Shown here: positions 60,849 through 64,000 of the stretch, piece by piece
How positions within the stretch are numbered: position 1 is the first letter of the stretch
Layout of the letters: each line of letters begins with the position of its first letter
From: a bacterium
GTDB lineage: Bacteria; UBA8248
Reading direction: 5' to 3'
Assembly (NCBI GenBank): GCA_965219955.1
Contig: OZ244799.1
Coordinates: forward strand, 2,240,001-2,304,000
DNA: 64,000 bases
Position numbers and translations under genes: made by a program
Notes under the pieces: generated by a model
Told to the model about the DNA's origin: nothing
Database searches by the model: none
The model's input: only the letters and a program-made list of their open reading frames with translations

Positions 60849-61666
60849 CCCTCGATAGGTGGCATCACGACCAGTTCGCTGTTCAGCTCGACAACTCCAG
60901 TATATCCTCTGGCAATTGATTCAGCCAATTCTTTTTCTTCATCGCTATTGACACGCCCATGCAAGAATAGCTGCCCTGGTTCGAGACACTCTACGACAAT
61001 GCCACTCGCATCGATTCGCTCATCCGTCATGATCATCGCTTTGATTTTCTGCGCAAAAGCCAGATTCTGGAGCTTTTGAGATTCTGATGGCTCAGATTGT
61101 GAAAATTTTCCGCTTTGCAATATGTTCACCAGTAAACTTACAGACATGTCTTCATTGAACAACCCGGTATTCAATGTGATATCAAAGTGACTCGGTTCTC
61201 CCCATCGGACATCAAAGAAATGCCGCGTATACGCCATTCTTTCATCATCGTTATGGCGTATGAACTGCTCCGCCATTGATGGCGTAATCCCCTCGTTCTT
61301 CACCAGTGTTCGTTGGCGATAATCCCGGGGCGCCACGATGCGCGCCCGAAATATTCCCTCGATTCCCTCCAGGAGTATATGAGAGCCACGGCCCAATATG
61401 ACGAAATTATTTTTCAAAGCCGATTCATATACGATGGCGCGCATGATATCGAGATATACGAGTTGCCTGTCCCGGAAAAAACGATCTATCAAACCGGGCT
61501 TCCTCTCATCCACCTGCTCGAGTTCGTCTCGAACATAACCATACGATTGTGCGGCATCCGCAAATCCATCATTATCCAAAAGGGTCCATCCCAATTCTGC
61601 AGCAACTTTCTTCCCAATAGCATCACCACCGCTACCAAGCTCTCTTGAGATTGTCAGAATACCCAT
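60833..61666 (-). CDS. Cytidylate kinase-like protein with C-terminal BON domain
   Basis: ISRELGSGG, VILGRG, FDITLNT; C-terminal LHGRV...AESIA..GVVEL. Confidence 0.8.
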   Translation of the reverse strand: MGILTISRELGSGGDAIGKKVAAELGWTLLDNDGFADAAQSYGYVRDELEQVDERKPGLIDRFFRDRQLVYLDIMRAIVYESALKNNFVILGRGSHILLEGIEGIFRARIVAPRDYRQRTLVKNEGITPSMAEQFIRHNDDERMAYTRHFFDVRWGEPSHFDITLNTGLFNEDMSVSLLVNILQSGKFSQSEPSESQKLQNLAFAQKIKAMIMTDERIDASGIVVECLEPGQLFLHGRVNSDEEKELAESIARGYTGVVELNSELVVMPPIEGWYPV

Positions 61667-61853
61667 TGTTCAGTCCTCCAAACTAAGAGTGGCGACACTA
61701 ACGGGGCGGGATGAATCACGCTTCCCCTTCCCTTCCTGTCATTTACTTGCGCTCATGGCATACAACACTTTCATTCACGCCGAAGAAGTGCTCAATTGCT
61801 CAAAACCATCAAGGCATGGCAGATACAAACATCCATCCGAACGTTTCCGGCAA

Positions 61854-63596
61854 TCATTTGCGGCTCGCTCTCTTGAATTTTTCCAATTGTAGACGAAAAT
61901 AGCGATTTCCAGGCTCTAATTCAATCGCCCTTTGAATGAGCGGGAGCGCCTTCACCGATTCTCCGTTGCGATAATACAACTCCGCCAAGGTATCGAGATA
62001 CGCCGGCGTATCGGGCTGAATTTCCAGCGAGCGCTTTGAAAGTTTAATGCCGTGCTCCAAACTGTCTTTATCCCTCCTGTGAAACCATGCCAAACGATTC
62101 AATGCCGGTGCTGAATTCTTGTCGATTTCGAGCACCTGCATGAACATCTTCTTCGACTCTTTCGGTTGCTTGTTTTCCCAAAGAAAAACACCAAGTTCCA
62201 CCAAAACGCGGGACGAGCGGGGGTGCTTCTCCAACAAGTCCAGAAGTATTTTGTGAGCGATCTTTTTCCGTTTCCTCGACTTATGAAGATTTGCGATGCG
62301 AATTTTCATCTCGATGTCGTTCAAGTCCAGTCGGCCCGCCTTTTCATAGAGTGCGATCGCATCTTTGTCCCGGTTTTGAGATTCCAAAAGAGCGCCCAAG
62401 CGTATATAACCATCCAGCCAGTCGGGCGACAACGAAACGACTTTTTCATAAGCACGAATTGCTTCGTTCCTTCGGTTCATTTGAACCAGAGCGGCGCCCA
62501 GCCAGAAATGGAACCTCGCATTGTCCGGTGTTTTTTCGATGGCGCCTCTCAGCAGGTTGACAGCCCTCGCCGGATCCTTGCCGGATATGAAACGCTCCGC
62601 ATTAATTAAAACCTGGATCGGGTCCAATGTCTCTTTCGCAGGCGCGGCCAATTCAGGCTGAACCGCTCTGACACGCGATTCAACAATTTGGAGACGTCTT
62701 TTCAAGACGATGTCCTCGGGTTCACGCAGATAAGCTTCTCTGAACATTTCCACCGCTTTGGGAAACTGCCCGTTTTGAACATACAAATCGCCAAGTAAAA
62801 TCATGCCTTCTATATGCCCCGGAGTGCGTTGGAGCAAAGATTGTATTTCACGTATGGCCTCCCGGGAATGATTTTGCTGCGCCAGAATTTTCGCCAAGCG
62901 GTACCTGGCCACACTCTGGCGGCTCCCCTTTAATTTCAACGCTTTTCTCAGACTGGTTACGGCTTTATCGAACTCACCTTTACTTTCATAGCGAGCCGCC
63001 TCTGCCATATATCTTCTTTGTTGTTCTTCGAGCCTGAGTTTCGGGTTTTTCGGCTCGCCGGACTGCAGCCACTCACCAACCCTCGCTTCCCAAACGGCAT
63101 CGAGGCGCTTCCAGATAGTGCGAAAATAATCCGGAGATTCACGAGAAATCGCCGTGGAGGCAAAACCAGCAGCCAAAAACAGCACCAACACAGCTGCAAT
63201 CTGAAGGCGCCTTTTCGAAATCCACGGTTTAGTCGCAGGAGTCGGAACGGCGCCGGGCATCATCATTCTGCCCTCGAACTTTGCTTCCGGATCAATATGT
63301 ATTTTGGGGGCCTTCACATTGCCTTGGTGATAGCATCCGGCATTTAATTCAACGCGATTTTCCACACATATACAGCCTGTCGTATGGCCGTGATTCACCA
63401 GTTCTTTCGTGTGGATATCACCCTCGGCCCTTCCCGTCTCGGCAATCTCCAGGTGCCCATCACCACGGATCTCTCCTTTGAACTCGCCTTGCACGAGAAC
63501 ATTGCCCGCGAAATGCAGCGAGCCTTCCAAGCGCACATTCACACCTATGAAAGAGAGATTCGACCGAGGACCCGAATAGAGGCGTTGTTGTTGCAT
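61854..63596 (-). CDS. Bactofilin-domain / TM / TPR fusion protein
   Basis: N-terminal beta-helix repeats (SFIG..LEG..GEF.G...GAKFEG-like), one TM, many TPRs ending YLDTLAELYY. Confidence 0.8.
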   Translation of the reverse strand: MQQQRLYSGPRSNLSFIGVNVRLEGSLHFAGNVLVQGEFKGEIRGDGHLEIAETGRAEGDIHTKELVNHGHTTGCICVENRVELNAGCYHQGNVKAPKIHIDPEAKFEGRMMMPGAVPTPATKPWISKRRLQIAAVLVLFLAAGFASTAISRESPDYFRTIWKRLDAVWEARVGEWLQSGEPKNPKLRLEEQQRRYMAEAARYESKGEFDKAVTSLRKALKLKGSRQSVARYRLAKILAQQNHSREAIREIQSLLQRTPGHIEGMILLGDLYVQNGQFPKAVEMFREAYLREPEDIVLKRRLQIVESRVRAVQPELAAPAKETLDPIQVLINAERFISGKDPARAVNLLRGAIEKTPDNARFHFWLGAALVQMNRRNEAIRAYEKVVSLSPDWLDGYIRLGALLESQNRDKDAIALYEKAGRLDLNDIEMKIRIANLHKSRKRKKIAHKILLDLLEKHPRSSRVLVELGVFLWENKQPKESKKMFMQVLEIDKNSAPALNRLAWFHRRDKDSLEHGIKLSKRSLEIQPDTPAYLDTLAELYYRNGESVKALPLIQRAIELEPGNRYFRLQLEKFKRASRK

Positions 63597-64000
63597 GGAT
63601 CCTTCTCATGAAATTGTGAATGACAAATTTTCAATCACACAACAACGAAGCAATATATTACCAAAATGTCGAAAAGTTGCACCAACTGATTTTTGCCGAC
63701 AAACCCGGGGTCCGCCACCACAGGAAATCTGAAATATCCCGGCTTCATCGATCATTGGAAATGCCGTGGGCTGAGCCCGCCGCCGCAGGCGCGACATGGA
63801 GCGAAAAGAAGAGGAGTGAAACCGATGATGTAGTGATGAAAAGACTTCCCGAAAAACTATTGTGCGCTGAGACGTCCAGAATCTATCGCCTGCAGGGAGA
63901 TGAGAAGAGGATGAAGCTCTTCGATGTCCATCATGTTGGGCCCATCGGATAATGCCTCATCCGGCATGGGGTGGCATTCAAGAAAAAAAGCATCGACACC

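Noticed and set aside
63620-63952. 110-aa ORF at the window end
   Set aside because: No motif or clear RBS-supported start; likely a regulatory region or spurious

Overview
GC-rich bacterial chromosome segment. The host is not determinable from sequence; the small-protein families and dense REP-like elements are suggestive of an uncultured, possibly sponge-associated bacterium (inference only). 1-31.6 kb is mostly housekeeping: thpR-cinA-pgpA-dxr-cdsA-uppS-frr-pyrH-tsf-rpsB, argJC, rpsI-rplM, exbBD, lipB, dnaE, guaAB, mutL, mazG, recD2. 31.6-52.1 kb is an accessory mosaic with four notable parts. (1) Three tandem promoter-ORF-terminator units encode small membrane-anchored His/Met coiled-coil proteins. 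(2) There are two eukaryote-type sterol C24-methyltransferase (SMT) homologues, one translationally coupled to a Neverland/DAF-36-like Rieske oxygenase; this is a candidate sterol-remodelling system. (3) Single-gene cassettes are separated by a family of TIR-bounded, REP-filled elements. (4) A four-gene, more AT-rich Zorya-like operon (4-TM coiled-coil protein, VWA-like protein, ZorA/MotA-like, ZorB/OmpA-like) is bracketed by a perfect 25-bp inverted REP pair. 52.5-64 kb has nfeD-stomatin, a class III aminotransferase, an MFS transporter, a plant-type threonine synthase next to a plant-type cystathionine gamma-synthase, and a bactofilin-TM-TPR fusion. No tRNA, rRNA, CRISPR array or transposase gene was recognised. 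All calls come from motif recognition by eye; no searches were run.
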